From Myxococcota bacterium (GTDB lineage: Bacteria; Myxococcota; XYA12-FULL-58-9; JABJBS01), in assembly GCA_036339465.1 (NCBI GenBank), contig JAYZAY010000026.1, positions 1-64,000 of the forward strand: 64,000 nt of DNA, read 5' to 3'. Positions 35,901-41,413 of this stretch are shown in pieces. Every line of letters begins with the position of its first letter. Position 1 is the first letter of the stretch. Both the position numbers and the translations under genes were made by a program. The notes beneath the pieces are model-generated. The model was not told the origin of the DNA. It made no database searches and worked only from the letters and a program-made list of their open reading frames with translations.

Positions 35901-36460
35901 TTGATCACACCTTGTAGTCTTCCCTCGCTCCCGTAGAGGTCCTGAATATTGAATTGGCGTTTGCCTATTCCGAATGTGTCATTTTGTACCCCGCAATAAT
36001 AACCATTCCCTCCGCACTCACTGCGCTGAGGAAAGTTGGTGAACATCACTAAGAAATCAAAATTGTCGCCGTATTCGTCCAAAACCAATTTCGAAGCCTC
36101 ACGAACACCGGATTGCTCCAAGCAATCAGCTGATTCTCGTCCGCAGAGATTGGTCAATGGGAGCAACTCACCGCCACAAACCTCCGACATCAACACACCT
36201 TCGCACAAAACTCCTGAATCACGGAGCGCGTGTATCACGATGACATCAGTTTCAGGAGCGAGTGAAACTTGGGCTAAGGAATCCGAAACTGAAGATTCCG
36301 ATAATCGTATCTCTTCTACTTTCAATTGATTGGGAAAATCGGCATTAAACATAGAGATGCCTGCCGGCATGGGGAAATAACCACCCGAACTCGCCCAAAG
36401 TGACGAAACTACCCCCACAAAGCTCACTAAAAATAGAGCGATAATAATTCGCCTGTACAT
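17966..36460 (-). CDS. Giant 6164-aa Cys/Asp-repeat surface protein (MopE-like putative metal-binding repeats) with internal MYXO-CTERM-like segment and C-terminal TraB-like beta-barrel
   Basis: N-terminal signal peptide; metalloprotease-like head; about 82 CDGLDNDCDG-type repeats (manual count); GGGFGC + hydrophobic helix + RMR; amphipathic beta-strand C-terminal domain (GLGDL motif); one TSP3-like DHDDDGVPDKYDSCP at the end. Confidence 0.9.
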   Translation of the reverse strand: MYRRIIIALFLVSFVGVVSSLWASSGGYFPMPAGISMFNADFPNQLKVEEIRLSESSVSDSLAQVSLAPETDVIVIHALRDSGVLCEGVLMSEVCGGELLPLTNLCGRESADCLEQSGVREASKLVLDEYGDNFDFLVMFTNFPQRSECGGNGYYCGVQNDTFGIGKRQFNIQDLYGSEGRLQGVINLFDVEAWETFDLKLHENPDIYPLMGRLLGERWLGSFTTDPNDSQSLLCRSSAGWSGRLHSGGSLMGGRNWVLTYGQQERVSSEELWGEWHYSDLDLYAMGLKESFEIGPIQYLSDAGFAELSADEQRELNQCHMSLATEISISDDRFEEIELGDFVAQLGERLPRAGSIANRTIKIGFVLISDGRFSDAYDHEVATRVQSFGIEWKKKFSEYTSGLGAIQTHVDPVGVLLTHAGTHQPQSKETASAQPANNAAAASGPGVCDPQNPTDFDNDTFDCRTDCDDSDLTIYPGAPEVCNGKDDNCDGAKDNGLNVAQNRPLADKQQGECNGVYKVCDGVNGWANPDYTLLGGISYAVDEIGDMPCDGKDNDCDGLTDEHYPELGTRCDSEDSDHCENGIWACTEQLGKYCDENENFEELCDGIDNDCNVSTREEVIFDLNQVCSVYPNSPCVATGITVCHSDKTKSVCNALSVAEEKLALYGANPEECNNLDDNCNGIIDEDPLDDNPTLGLAYEFTKDAKSYGLCSLEVTGEDSGVCKGVYKYCVNGELLQCDESLLRGSPNHPKFVPGKELLCDTLDEDCDGDVDEMDDLALTPEFSTACDSGADLDSCARGNYDCQSGEPVCINDIAATAEICNSLDDDCDGLTDTDDPDIVIVDADKQDGVCANQKKVCDNGALVEPNYTLVAGYNIDEICDGLDNDCDGLVDECLNESGEEKDYSVEGALVACSEIRKPFPATKSQGVCSEQKQICQGAFGWIDPSTALVENYQAQETLCDGLDNDCDGDVDNIATSNRPFVTNNTGACLGQRKSCVNLGGGVYNWENVYSSIPAYSLNESCNGIDDNCDGLVDNQIPEASTPFAAMQDGVCATVRQTCDGSNGWKDPTNYGVDYEEIEVSCDGLDNDCDGVVDDPFVFPSGAPMTDALNGTTDLYKEMGCGSGLCAGGSVVCAANKISLECDSHGLIRSEKIPKSCDGVDDCDICDSVDDDCDGAVSDGLYEPLTDDEKAAIPAEMRNGVCLTVQNTCDGGAWVQLPFSSVLQYEDKEQGCDGLDNDCDGKTDECLVEDVTTEGDGSACPAPGTAQYFERPSSSKSVGVCTGLKKLCRSALGWQDPTFTNTENYELEEITCDGKDNDCNGAVDDIANVSKPQVTLGNSGVCANEKQLCRSSDDGFGNITFDWVDSEVVGYEAIEKTCDGLDNDCNGLIDEIAEADRPLVSTPFGVCLTNSYRQECANGQWRDPAWIGTAKHTGGYEHQEETCDNLDNDCDGSVDVIAEGFRPHADKSAGVCSVLRKSCVDAEGGAVWVNPNYTDIPTYEVEETLCDGLDNDCDGLVDNLTQDSTTFPDADKKVGVCLNVKKDCGSLPNGDKAWVEPDYVVTVPNYESPEVSCDELDNDCDGIVDNIVKVNRPDAATSGVCVGQKMICNTALKAWEEPDYPLSIATYQASETLCDGLDNNCDGVVDNLSQPTSEHPLATKNIGVCADVRKICGTNALGQKDWVDPDYGVTVQTYEASEKSCDNVDNDCDGVVDNIITGNRPDAVTSGVCVGQKMECNSGASRWDEPNYSLAIPTYQAAETLCDGLDNNCDGVVDNLSQTVDQHPLATRNIGVCAGVRKICGTDEHGDKNWIDPDYGVTVPNYESSEKSCDNLDNDCDGVVDNIITGNRPSAVTSGVCAGQKMECNSDESRWDEPNYALAITSYQAAETLCDGLDNNCDGVIDNLSQDVGLYPAATKSSGVCAGVKKICGLDSGTKAWIDPDYGVTVVNFELEEKSCDGLDNDCDGVVDNIVHDNRPDAATSGVCNGQKMVCNTAGKVWEEPNYALTVVSYQAAETLCDGLDNNCDGMIDNLSQVADLYPTAAKNIGVCVGTKKACGTNASGNKAWIEPDYGTNVANFEASEMSCDGLDNDCDGVVDNIVSQNRPDAANSGVCTGQKMVCNSGETRWEEPNYALAIATYEASETLCDGLDNNCDGMIDNLSQVVDLYPVATKSVGVCVGAKKVCGTNDAGVKTWVDPDFGTFVEKFEESEMSCDGLDNDCDGAIDNIIAANRPLAANSGVCAGQKLVCNSAETKWIEPDYSISVASYQVSETLCDDLDNDCDGVVDNLSQAVELYPAATKNVGVCADAKKVCGTDENGKKTWVNPDYGVTVINFESPELSCDGLDNDCDGVIDNIMTQNRPDVAASGVCVGQKMVCNTALKTWEEPNYGLIISSYESSETLCDGLDNNCDGVVDNLSQSKELYPLATKISGLCANVRKICATDENGIKTWVDPDYSESVANYEVSETYCDGMDNDCDGVVDNLLQLPNQYPLASKTSGVCGDIRKLCGTNENGDKTWIEPDYALEVATYEESDLSCDGLDNDCDGVVDNIALQNRPQVSSSGVCVGQKMVCNSGLTAWVEPDYSVLIGDYEDSETLCDGLDNNCDGVVDNLSQTPDSYPQATKKVGVCADVRKVCGTDVHGSKTWIDPDYGDSVFNYEVAETICDGLDNDCNGIVDDIGKDNRPTVASGGVCVGKKMICNSLLKTWEEPDYALAIATYEASETLCDGLDNNCDGVVDNLSQSTDDYPQGTKKVGVCADVKRVCSTDENGTKTWVDPDYGDVVLNYEIEETICDGLDNNCDGLVDNIAKANRPEVSAGGVCVGQKMVCNSVAKAWEEPDYGLAILTYEASETLCDGLDNNCDGLVDNLSQAADAYPAATKKVGVCSVVKRICGTDETGKKAWLDPDYGDAVVNYEVVESICDGLDNDCDGLVDNIIKANRPDVVGGGVCVGQKMVCNSENKAWEEPDYSLAIPSYEAAETLCDGLDNNCDGVVDNLSQEAGAYPAATKKVGVCADVKRICGEAENGTKVWLDPVYGDVISNYEEVESICDGLDNDCDGVADNMIQANRPLVTAGGVCVGQRMVCNSASKAWEEPDYSLSISTYEESETLCDGLDNNCDGVVDNLSQAGDAYPQATKRVGVCATVRRVCGTDESGEKDWLDPVYGDVVVGYQEEETLCDGLDNDCDGTVDDIIKADRPDVTAGGVCTGQKMACNSVTKAWEEPDYSLAIGTYEAAETLCDGLDNNCDGVVDNLSQDQDAYPAATKKVGVCAGVKRLCGTDDNGLKAWLDPVYGDVVLNYEEVETLCDGLDNDCDGIVDNIANNNRPVVSAGGVCVGQRMVCDSDSKSWEEPDYSLSIGSYEASETLCDGLDNNCDGVVDNLSQAVDGYPQATKRVGVCADVKKICGTGDNGLKAWLDPVYGDVVVGYEEVETICDGLDNDCDGAVDTILKANRPVVSAGGVCAGQRMVCDSDSKSWEEPDYSLSIGSYEASETLCDGLDNNCDGVVDNLSQTVDTYPLATKKVGVCAGVKRVCGTGDTGLKVWLDPNYEDAVPNYEPIETICDGLDNDCDGTADNILRGNRPDVSVGGVCVGQKMVCNSALKTWEEPDYAVAIPSYETDETLCDGLDNNCDGLVDNLSQDADSYPQAIKNAGVCSEVRKVCGEDGEGNKTWVEPDYADVILDFESSETVCDGLDNDCDGGVDNIIKANRPVVAVGGVCVGQKMVCNLNQKTWEEPNYAVAITTYQGTETLCDGLDNDCDGLVDNILKADRPDAVSTGVCVGQKMVCDSEQKAWVEPDYSLTIASYQSAETKCDGLDNNCDGLVDNLSQPTDEHPQAIRASGVCSGLKKVCGFGEDGLKTWIEPDYALTVINYEATETSCDGLDNDCDGVVDNIINENRPETITSGVCAGRKMSCNSGLKAWEEPDYAAAVSTYEAAETLCDGLDNDCDGVVDNLSQVASLYPSATKKIGVCMDAKKVCAANENGEKVWSEPDYSVTVVNFEASEMSCDGLDNDCDGVVDNIVSVNRPDAVTSGVCVGQKMDCNTQETRWEEPNYALAIATYQASETLCDGLDNDCDGVVDNLQQAPTLYPSAKMVVGVCADVKKVCGTNLDGVKTWVEPDYGVTVVDYEVSESSCDGLDNDCDGVVDNILSESRPDAATSGVCGGQKMVCNSEEKAWEEPDYALAIASYQASETLCDGLDNNCDGVIDNLSQGVEQHPMATKATGVCASAKKICGTDSDGIKTWIDPTYNVTVDGYEMPETSCDGLDNDCDGMIDNILVEHRPNAAASGVCSGQKMECDSALKKWNEPDYTLAIQTYEPQETLCDGLDNNCDGLIDNLSQDKLLYPNAIKNVGVCAGAKRVCGLDDDGTKTWIEPDYLASLANYEVVEVSCDGLDNDCDGDIDEIALDSRPDALGVGVCAGQKRVCDSVSKTWITPNYVALVAGYEEIEISCDGLDNDCDGIVDNLALNSEQRPLAAMQYGVCHDQRKYCDNVSGTWKEPDYTVLPDYEETETLCDELDNDCNGVVDDPYISAAEFGTETCLTEDCVGTFTDSNGDSGLTKGMSCGVGLCGGGRVICGEDQRTLLCDSHKNALPELEPKSCDGVADCDKCDGVDDDCDGVYDEGLVQQKPEPGLRSGVCKNQLQSCNAGTWEDLPVDNISGYEVSERTCDGEDNDCDGEIDESSVAVTAAAGDRAAGVCITAKQVCENGNWLEPDYTAFPNYEPNESLCDGLDNDCDGDTDEDLIGPEADNSKGVCNGAKKVCETRDGITMWREPTYLNHTVSFEVLEISCDGVDNDCDGVIDNIDEYLLVLGTNQKGTCLNSKKVCRNGVYQEPTLATIADYEFAEVSCDGLDNDCDGVVDNITDLPLSTQQLGVCKGVRKECGSDGGSGWQWNEPVYAPAVYNMFDLVYQETETLCDGLDNDCNGTVDDPPKLAPYRPLSSKQDGVCEGQRQYCGLDEVGNYTWVEPDYFITVSDNVFEITETRCDGLDNDCDGTADNLASTEDAPAGSKTLGVCAARATKICAGINQWQDPNYLEIDNYEIRETLCDGVDNDCDGLVDECLAGSGTFHDRPPGDSVSTIDCPISGEAGYVDTPFATKQSGQCLGQRQVCRGVSGWMDPDYLATVVAYEADETTCDGLDNDCDDVVDEDLDKPLAQNQKGVCQNSRKYCAGDNRWQEPNLLSIELYEPVETLCDGLDNDCDGQVDEDLEDFRPNASFQDGICVGQKKLCGALGNGQGTGWIDPDYNFIRDEDGEMIYESVETICDGLDNDCDGSTDEGIDLSAPKAEKTVGVCSVMSKKRCGDSGDGVKNWIEPNYYTLPDYEDSETLCDGLDNDCDGSADEASDLVNHSPMNDLNVGVCAGHRKVCGVDEEGNPIWVNPNYKLIKDVNGNFLYEEEEISCDGLDNDCDGTTDNIALDKRPDANTVGVCKTQKMECDSIQKIWIAPDFEDIANYEPQEVTCDGLDNDCDGRVDESEHLLAPRASLQEGVCSGARKVCIENSFGQITWMEPPYAVLFATYELNEQSCDGLDNDCDGAPDHNLVAPMVTKNFGVCFGERQICNGQEGWVDPSYSGLYKYEVEELSCDGLDNDCDGQIDEELPRPPAENQVGVCRGAFKVCGRGPDSDEVAWREPTFLDVNGYQVNELTCDNLDNDCDGSVDEGFSDISCGFGRCRVTIDSCVNGRETPQEACAPKEGSVEVCDGIDNDCDESIDEDPDNSTVALSEQCYTGPEGTKGQGICRGGSRICVRAGEVDEVVVGGVSNVGAWGVCVGEVLPGIEVCDGIDNNCDGLVDEYCGGVSGGGFGCQSIGDSESLLPLWILLLLGGLVRMRVVFLKGRHWLSIVLVATMVATFNPNVVQASAPSMDIELAPISPHAYDNMAIMRPMVLTHLNYQLGIHSTMTWNNLRFRTGQNNTTDSVLKRRNRSDLQFSLGLYDMFEVAIGLPVILHNYGNTESTSGLVMNELGLGDLTLSAKGHLANVCYWPFDFAVSAGLSLPTGKSEGLYGSSHATFFMRAVAEKELYVRSKAFLHSVSVLGEVGFLFRASEEVLYELRVNHDITYNTALLFRFNRPNFDLGLGWVGMSPLDNIDQSGSRNQAELLSFIRWELNKETFLSFGLGSGIMTGYETSEFRASIGLRFVPGYKPSDHDDDGVPDKYDSCPCDWNLQ
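23150..31960 (-). repeat. Intragenic alternating A/B tandem array (61 + 67 aa units, 384-bp period)
   Basis: About 46 units alternating N(I/L)xxxNRP...GQKMVCNS (A) and NLSQ...YPxATK.xGVC...CGT (B); 123-bp exact DNA identity between 25962-26084 and 26346-26468. Confidence 0.9.
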
Positions 36461-36499
36461 GAACCCCCATCCCTTTTGGTTTATGTCAACTATAAAATA

Positions 36500-37828
36500 T
36501 TATTGAAGATTTACTCCCCGCTCAATAAAATAGATGTTTGCTATTTCCACGACACCACTTTCTGGGTTGTCCAACTGACGCCCGTCACAACTTGCACGAC
36601 TTTTGAACAAATCGAATTGAACCGACATGGACCGCTTCCGCTGACTGGCATCCACCCATAAACCAAAATCTAAACCAACTTCATAACGCCGCCAATCGCC
36701 CGATATCTTGAAATCCTTGGCAAGAGACTCCTTGGGCTTCGGAGCCAGATGCGTCCAATAAGACATAGATAAAGCGACCCAAACTTCATCGCGGCGTGGT
36801 GTTCGCGCCATAAAAGTTAGACGGTCATACTTTTTCATGTCGAGTTCCATGGGCACAGTTCGCTTCTTTCCTATTTTTCGCGCCTCACCATTTTCCGGCA
36901 TGGCTCCCCTCATGAGTTCCGTGTAACGACAACCCAAGAGATGGTCTTTTTCAAGCTCTTCCACCTCGCTGAAATCAAAACTGAGGAGCATCTTGCCGGT
37001 TCGCGGTGCATAACCCAGTAAGTCTGTGGAAGCCGGGCCTCCAAAATCCGCTTTACATTTGGGTTCTAATGATGATTGTGCCTCATCGTCGGTTGCTTCG
37101 CCATCTTTAGGTTTCTCCGAAATGGGTATCACCACAGGGCCAATAAGGTTGGACTGGCCGCCAGCGCAGTTGCCATAAATCGCATCCACAAAAATCGAAC
37201 CCCGTGTGGGCGGCGGAGCAGGCGGCGTGGCCCTACATCGTGGCCGCCAACGACCGCGCTTCAAAAGGCTTTCCTCTCCTAGGGATAAGGACTCAGTCAG
37301 TGTAAAATTGTTGACCAAGCGCCAACCTTTCCGGTTGGAATTAGGTTCCCCGTCCGGTGGGCTAAACCTATCAACCACCCCACGGACACTCGCATTCTCC
37401 GTAATAGACACATTGAAAACCTGCTCATTCAATGGCTTATCCGAATAGACCGTGCTCACCCAAGCTTTCATGGGTACTTCGGTGGTGGGACAATCATCAG
37501 CGACTTGAAGCCCGATCCACGCCTCACCCTGGGCGCCCTTTCCACGGATCGGGAACATATCGCAGGGTAGTCTTTCCCCCTCTTGCTCAATGGCCGTTAA
37601 ATGGAATTTTAGTTTCGGTTGAAAGAGGCGCCATTCCATGTTCCAGTGAAAACGGACTTTACCACCCGCTGTGATGTGAAGCGTTTTGCCCACCGGCACA
37701 TTATCGGCCAAAAAGTAATGTTCAACTTCCTGAGGGCATCCCGCCAAAATGACCACCATGGCCGAAACGCCCCCCAACCTCTTAAACAAACCAAGGGGGG
37801 CCTTATCTTTTCTGGGGACTTTACTCAT
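36500..37828 (-). CDS. Lipoprotein with possible C-terminal carbohydrate-binding (CBM/CIA30-like) domain
   Basis: Lipobox LAG-C; C-terminal pattern LTFMART...FKISGDWRRYEV...VEIANIYF typical of galactose-binding-like beta-sandwiches (inference). Confidence 0.65.
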   Translation of the reverse strand: MSKVPRKDKAPLGLFKRLGGVSAMVVILAGCPQEVEHYFLADNVPVGKTLHITAGGKVRFHWNMEWRLFQPKLKFHLTAIEQEGERLPCDMFPIRGKGAQGEAWIGLQVADDCPTTEVPMKAWVSTVYSDKPLNEQVFNVSITENASVRGVVDRFSPPDGEPNSNRKGWRLVNNFTLTESLSLGEESLLKRGRWRPRCRATPPAPPPTRGSIFVDAIYGNCAGGQSNLIGPVVIPISEKPKDGEATDDEAQSSLEPKCKADFGGPASTDLLGYAPRTGKMLLSFDFSEVEELEKDHLLGCRYTELMRGAMPENGEARKIGKKRTVPMELDMKKYDRLTFMARTPRRDEVWVALSMSYWTHLAPKPKESLAKDFKISGDWRRYEVGLDFGLWVDASQRKRSMSVQFDLFKSRASCDGRQLDNPESGVVEIANIYFIERGVNLQ

Positions 37829-38441
37829 GGGCGATATCCGCCTCCGTCCCCGAACCCCACGTTACCATGGACACCCTCGACTTAAAGGCTCGATTCGTTC
37901 GATAAAGTCGGGCCAAAACATGCCATATCCCCACCGCGTAATCGTAGGTCAGGTTCCGAGGCAACCTCGCCACCACCAAGATCCCATCCCGTCCCGGATT
38001 CTTGAGTTCGGTCGGTTCAATCTCCTTGACCAACCCCAGTAGTTTCCGCGAAAATTTCGCCCCCTTCGCATCCTCCAGCGCGATCTCAACCGTCGCCCCT
38101 TCACCACCTGCACTGTCGGCATGTGCCAAAATCACACTTCCCTCAACCACATCCACAAGCACTCGGTGTCGCTGTTGTGAATCTCCCATGTCCAAAACAC
38201 CGCCGGCTACCGGTAAATTTTCAACACCTTTACCACTGGAATTTTCTTTCGCTTCTTGAAAACTCGCAAAAAGAGACGTCACCATAAAAAAGAGCAAAAG
38301 ACTCAAAGCAACATCATCAAAACTGGTTGCCGCCTCTTCCTCTTGCAAGACATCATCATCTTCGTAAAGACTAAGATCTTCCTCAAGGTCCTCTTCCCAG
38401 GGATTTGTCTCTTCCTCTGTAGCTTCACCTTCACCCATCAA
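37821..38441 (-). CDS. ExbD/TolR-family motor subunit (divergent, acidic N-terminus)
   Basis: TSFDDVALSLLLFFMVTS matches the ExbD TM motif (PxIDVxLVLLIFFMVT) including the Asp; lies downstream of an ExbB homolog. Confidence 0.75.
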   Translation of the reverse strand: MMGEGEATEEETNPWEEDLEEDLSLYEDDDVLQEEEAATSFDDVALSLLLFFMVTSLFASFQEAKENSSGKGVENLPVAGGVLDMGDSQQRHRVLVDVVEGSVILAHADSAGGEGATVEIALEDAKGAKFSRKLLGLVKEIEPTELKNPGRDGILVVARLPRNLTYDYAVGIWHVLARLYRTNRAFKSRVSMVTWGSGTEADIAHE

Positions 38442-38446
38442 AATAA

Positions 38447-39139
38447 CTACCCTTTGATTAGCTTGCTAAGATTACAGAATCGTTTCTTCAGTTTTGGTTT
38501 TTTCATTTCTATTTTACTCTCACAGGACTTAACTCTCCTGCGCCCTTCGATACATTGATTAAACTGCAACACCTTTTTCAAGGTATCTGGCTTGGTGAGA
38601 GGTGGGCACGGTACCAAGCGCATGCCCAACCACCGCGGAACATTCTTGTTGAGCATGTACACACCATAGCGAATCGCATAAACCACACCAAAGGGTGCTG
38701 TAGGCGCCGCGCTTAGATACAGTTTGGCTGGTTTACCCACCTTCTCAAGACGGTCAGAAACATTCCCAAGGTACACCTCAAGCTTCTCTTTTAAATCGAT
38801 CGACGAACTCGTTGTTTCCGTATAGAGGTAGCCAATTTCTTCTTCATCCACAGGCTCGCTGGCCAAAATACGAAAGTTTCCCTCGCTACCCTCCTCGTAT
38901 TTCTTTTTGCCCCCAATGGCTAAAACCTGGATATTCGCTTCGGCATCAACATGAATAGCCAAATCATAGTCACCATATATTTTCTTGGTTTTCTTAGAAT
39001 TGGGTGGTGGCACTGCGGTACGTTGTTTCAACAGAAAAATAGACGCCGACGACGACACCACCGTCAGCACCAAGAAAAAGAGCAATAGACTCATAGCAAC
39101 GTCGTCAAAAGACGTTTCTTCATCTACCTCGATTGGCAC
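38447..39139 (-). CDS. ExbD/TolR-family motor subunit (divergent)
   Basis: TSFDDVAMSLLLFFLVLT TM motif; periplasmic LYLSAAPTAPFGVV resembles the ExbD xxADxxxxYGxV motif. Confidence 0.75.
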   Translation of the reverse strand: MPIEVDEETSFDDVAMSLLLFFLVLTVVSSSASIFLLKQRTAVPPPNSKKTKKIYGDYDLAIHVDAEANIQVLAIGGKKKYEEGSEGNFRILASEPVDEEEIGYLYTETTSSSIDLKEKLEVYLGNVSDRLEKVGKPAKLYLSAAPTAPFGVVYAIRYGVYMLNKNVPRWLGMRLVPCPPLTKPDTLKKVLQFNQCIEGRRRVKSCESKIEMKKPKLKKRFCNLSKLIKG

Positions 39140-39151
39140 CCCTTATCCCCC

Positions 39152-40237
39152 TCACGCCCCGCCTTGACGCATGTGTGCCGACACCTCACTGGAAATCAGT
39201 TGAAGTTGGGTCGTGAAAAAATTGATCCGCTGGGAAATCCCCGATTTTAATGCCAATCCCACGGATTTGATAATCAAGGCCATAAAAGTGGTTACGAGGG
39301 CCACAAAAATACCCTGGGACATCATATTGATCATCTCCGGCGAGGCATTCTCCCCCAATAAACTAAAAGCCACAATCATCCCCTGAACCGTTCCTGCAAA
39401 ACCCACCGCCGGCGCAACATTCAAGGCCGTATTGATCAGATGCATCTTTTGAAACTCTTCTTCTCGAATATCCTTGGTCTGAGCAATGAAGTACCGATCA
39501 AGGGCCGTCTCCGAAGCAAGAACAGATCCACCAATTTGCTTTACCACTTCGGCCAAGTGGTTATCCAACCCCAAAAGAACACCCATGTCTTCATCACGAA
39601 ATTTGGCATCCTCCCAAAGCGTCGCCCGTTCTTTCCCCTGGGCTTTAAAGGCTAAAAGAAGCTTGTTCTCAACATATTCGACATGGTCATCATGCATGTA
39701 GAAATTCTCTTGTCGAACTGTCCAAAGGATGTAAATCCCCGACAACGCCATTGCGAAAAGGATATAGAGTCCCGACATCATAATATATTCTAAGACGTCT
39801 CCAAGAATGGTTTGGCTAGACATGGGGTCGCCACTATCGCCGGCGGCCTCTTCCGGAACCGTTTCAGGCACCGCCGGCTCTTCTTTCGCCGTTTTTTCTC
39901 CGTCCTCCTCCGCAGCAAAAGCAACGCTACTAAAAATCCAATCCATTTGAAGAAATTGGTTCTGAGCAGTTTTCTTGGAAACATGTCCCCGGGCATCGGC
40001 TTCATCAATCTCCCCTTGCTTGGGATTGGCAATCATGGTTGCGAGCTGTTTGGCCTTCAGAGGATTCACAAAAGATCCCGTCACGAATTTTCCCAAAACC
40101 GATGTCGCCATGAGTAGAGCCACGGTTAGAATGGCAACCCAATACCATTGAATCAGGCCTTGTTGCTTGAGAACATCACGTCGACGGGATTCATAAACTC
40201 CCGCCTGCTTCTTTTTGCTATCATCTCCCATTATCAA
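39152..40237 (-). CDS. MotA/TolQ/ExbB proton channel family protein
   Basis: APAVGFAGTVQGMIVAF and GIFVALVTTFMALII match ExbB/TolQ TM2/TM3 with the conserved Thr residues; extended N-terminus. Confidence 0.9.
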   Translation of the reverse strand: MIMGDDSKKKQAGVYESRRRDVLKQQGLIQWYWVAILTVALLMATSVLGKFVTGSFVNPLKAKQLATMIANPKQGEIDEADARGHVSKKTAQNQFLQMDWIFSSVAFAAEEDGEKTAKEEPAVPETVPEEAAGDSGDPMSSQTILGDVLEYIMMSGLYILFAMALSGIYILWTVRQENFYMHDDHVEYVENKLLLAFKAQGKERATLWEDAKFRDEDMGVLLGLDNHLAEVVKQIGGSVLASETALDRYFIAQTKDIREEEFQKMHLINTALNVAPAVGFAGTVQGMIVAFSLLGENASPEMINMMSQGIFVALVTTFMALIIKSVGLALKSGISQRINFFTTQLQLISSEVSAHMRQGGA

Positions 40238-40264
40238 CTCCCCCTGACCGAGCTAGGAATAATC

Positions 40265-41413
40265 TTACTCACAGTCTTTTTCCCCACACAAGCCCGCCCG
40301 ATTGTACCAAGCGACATGGGGTTTCATCTTTCCTGACTTAAAATCGCCAACATAGTAATATTCAAAAAGGAAATCGTTCTTGTCTGCATCCACCGTGAAG
40401 TATTGGTAATAGCCCTTCGTCCCTTTCATGAACATCACATACCGGCCATCTGGCAAATGAATTTTTCGCGGATCTGGACAGATAGGAGAGTCATCTCTTC
40501 CAAGCTTCTCCCAATCGTAGAGATACACCCGAGAGATAACTCGGCGGAGGTCCTCGGTGGCAATCTTCGCAAAATAGGAAGCAGTTGAATCCTTAACCGT
40601 CACTGGCTCGATAACCAAATTATCCAAACCCAATATAGGGTGGACGTAGCTCGTCTTTCCCTGCGGCATCGCATATATATCGTCGTCTTGCGCCACGGCT
40701 CCTTTTTCCGCATCAACAGCCCTAAGTTTGAGTTCCGCTGGTAATAATTCCGGGGTTGGAACAATATCAAAATGCACCGACCGGATGCCTCGAGCCCATC
40801 TAGATTTTTCTTTTTCAACCACCAAATGAAATGGATACCGTTCTTCCAAAACCCCACTGATATTACTACCAAACGAATCTTCAAAATTCGGAGGCCGCGT
40901 CAAATAAATCGGCTCTTCCGATGCACTCGGAAAAACCTTTTCGGCACAACGACGATATGGCTCAATTTCAGCTGCAATACCTTGGGCCGCGCGCCCCAAA
41001 CCAAAATAGAGATATGCCAGGGCCACTTCTCGAGGAAAACAACCCGAACTCCCAGAATTGTTGCGAGGCGAACAGGTAATCGGCGTTTGCTCCAACTCTG
41101 AACTCTGCTTCTGTAGAGGAATCACCCGGGATTCCAGAATATTGCGCATATTGTCTACCAATCGGGTCCGAGTTCCAAGATCTGCGGTAATTCTCAGCAC
41201 TTCATAGTATCGCTGCATTTCCGCCACAGCCAATTGCACAGCAACGATGGAGCTGAAATCTTGCCCCAACTCTGGTTTTTCTTCTGCCCCTTTTTCTCCC
41301 TCCTCTCGCACATCCTTTTCCTGGGCAAGAGCCGCCGATGGTTTGAAAACGAGTGCCACCGAAAAACCTACCACAAGGGTCACCACCAAGTTTTTGCGTA
41401 GAATAGATCTCAT
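40265..41413 (-). CDS. Exported hypothetical protein (TPR-like helix region, beta-rich C-terminus)
   Basis: Sec signal peptide ending ALA-Q; ALAYLYFGLGRAAQG TPR-like helix; ATGA overlap with the upstream gene. Confidence 0.7.
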   Translation of the reverse strand: MRSILRKNLVVTLVVGFSVALVFKPSAALAQEKDVREEGEKGAEEKPELGQDFSSIVAVQLAVAEMQRYYEVLRITADLGTRTRLVDNMRNILESRVIPLQKQSSELEQTPITCSPRNNSGSSGCFPREVALAYLYFGLGRAAQGIAAEIEPYRRCAEKVFPSASEEPIYLTRPPNFEDSFGSNISGVLEERYPFHLVVEKEKSRWARGIRSVHFDIVPTPELLPAELKLRAVDAEKGAVAQDDDIYAMPQGKTSYVHPILGLDNLVIEPVTVKDSTASYFAKIATEDLRRVISRVYLYDWEKLGRDDSPICPDPRKIHLPDGRYVMFMKGTKGYYQYFTVDADKNDFLFEYYYVGDFKSGKMKPHVAWYNRAGLCGEKDCE

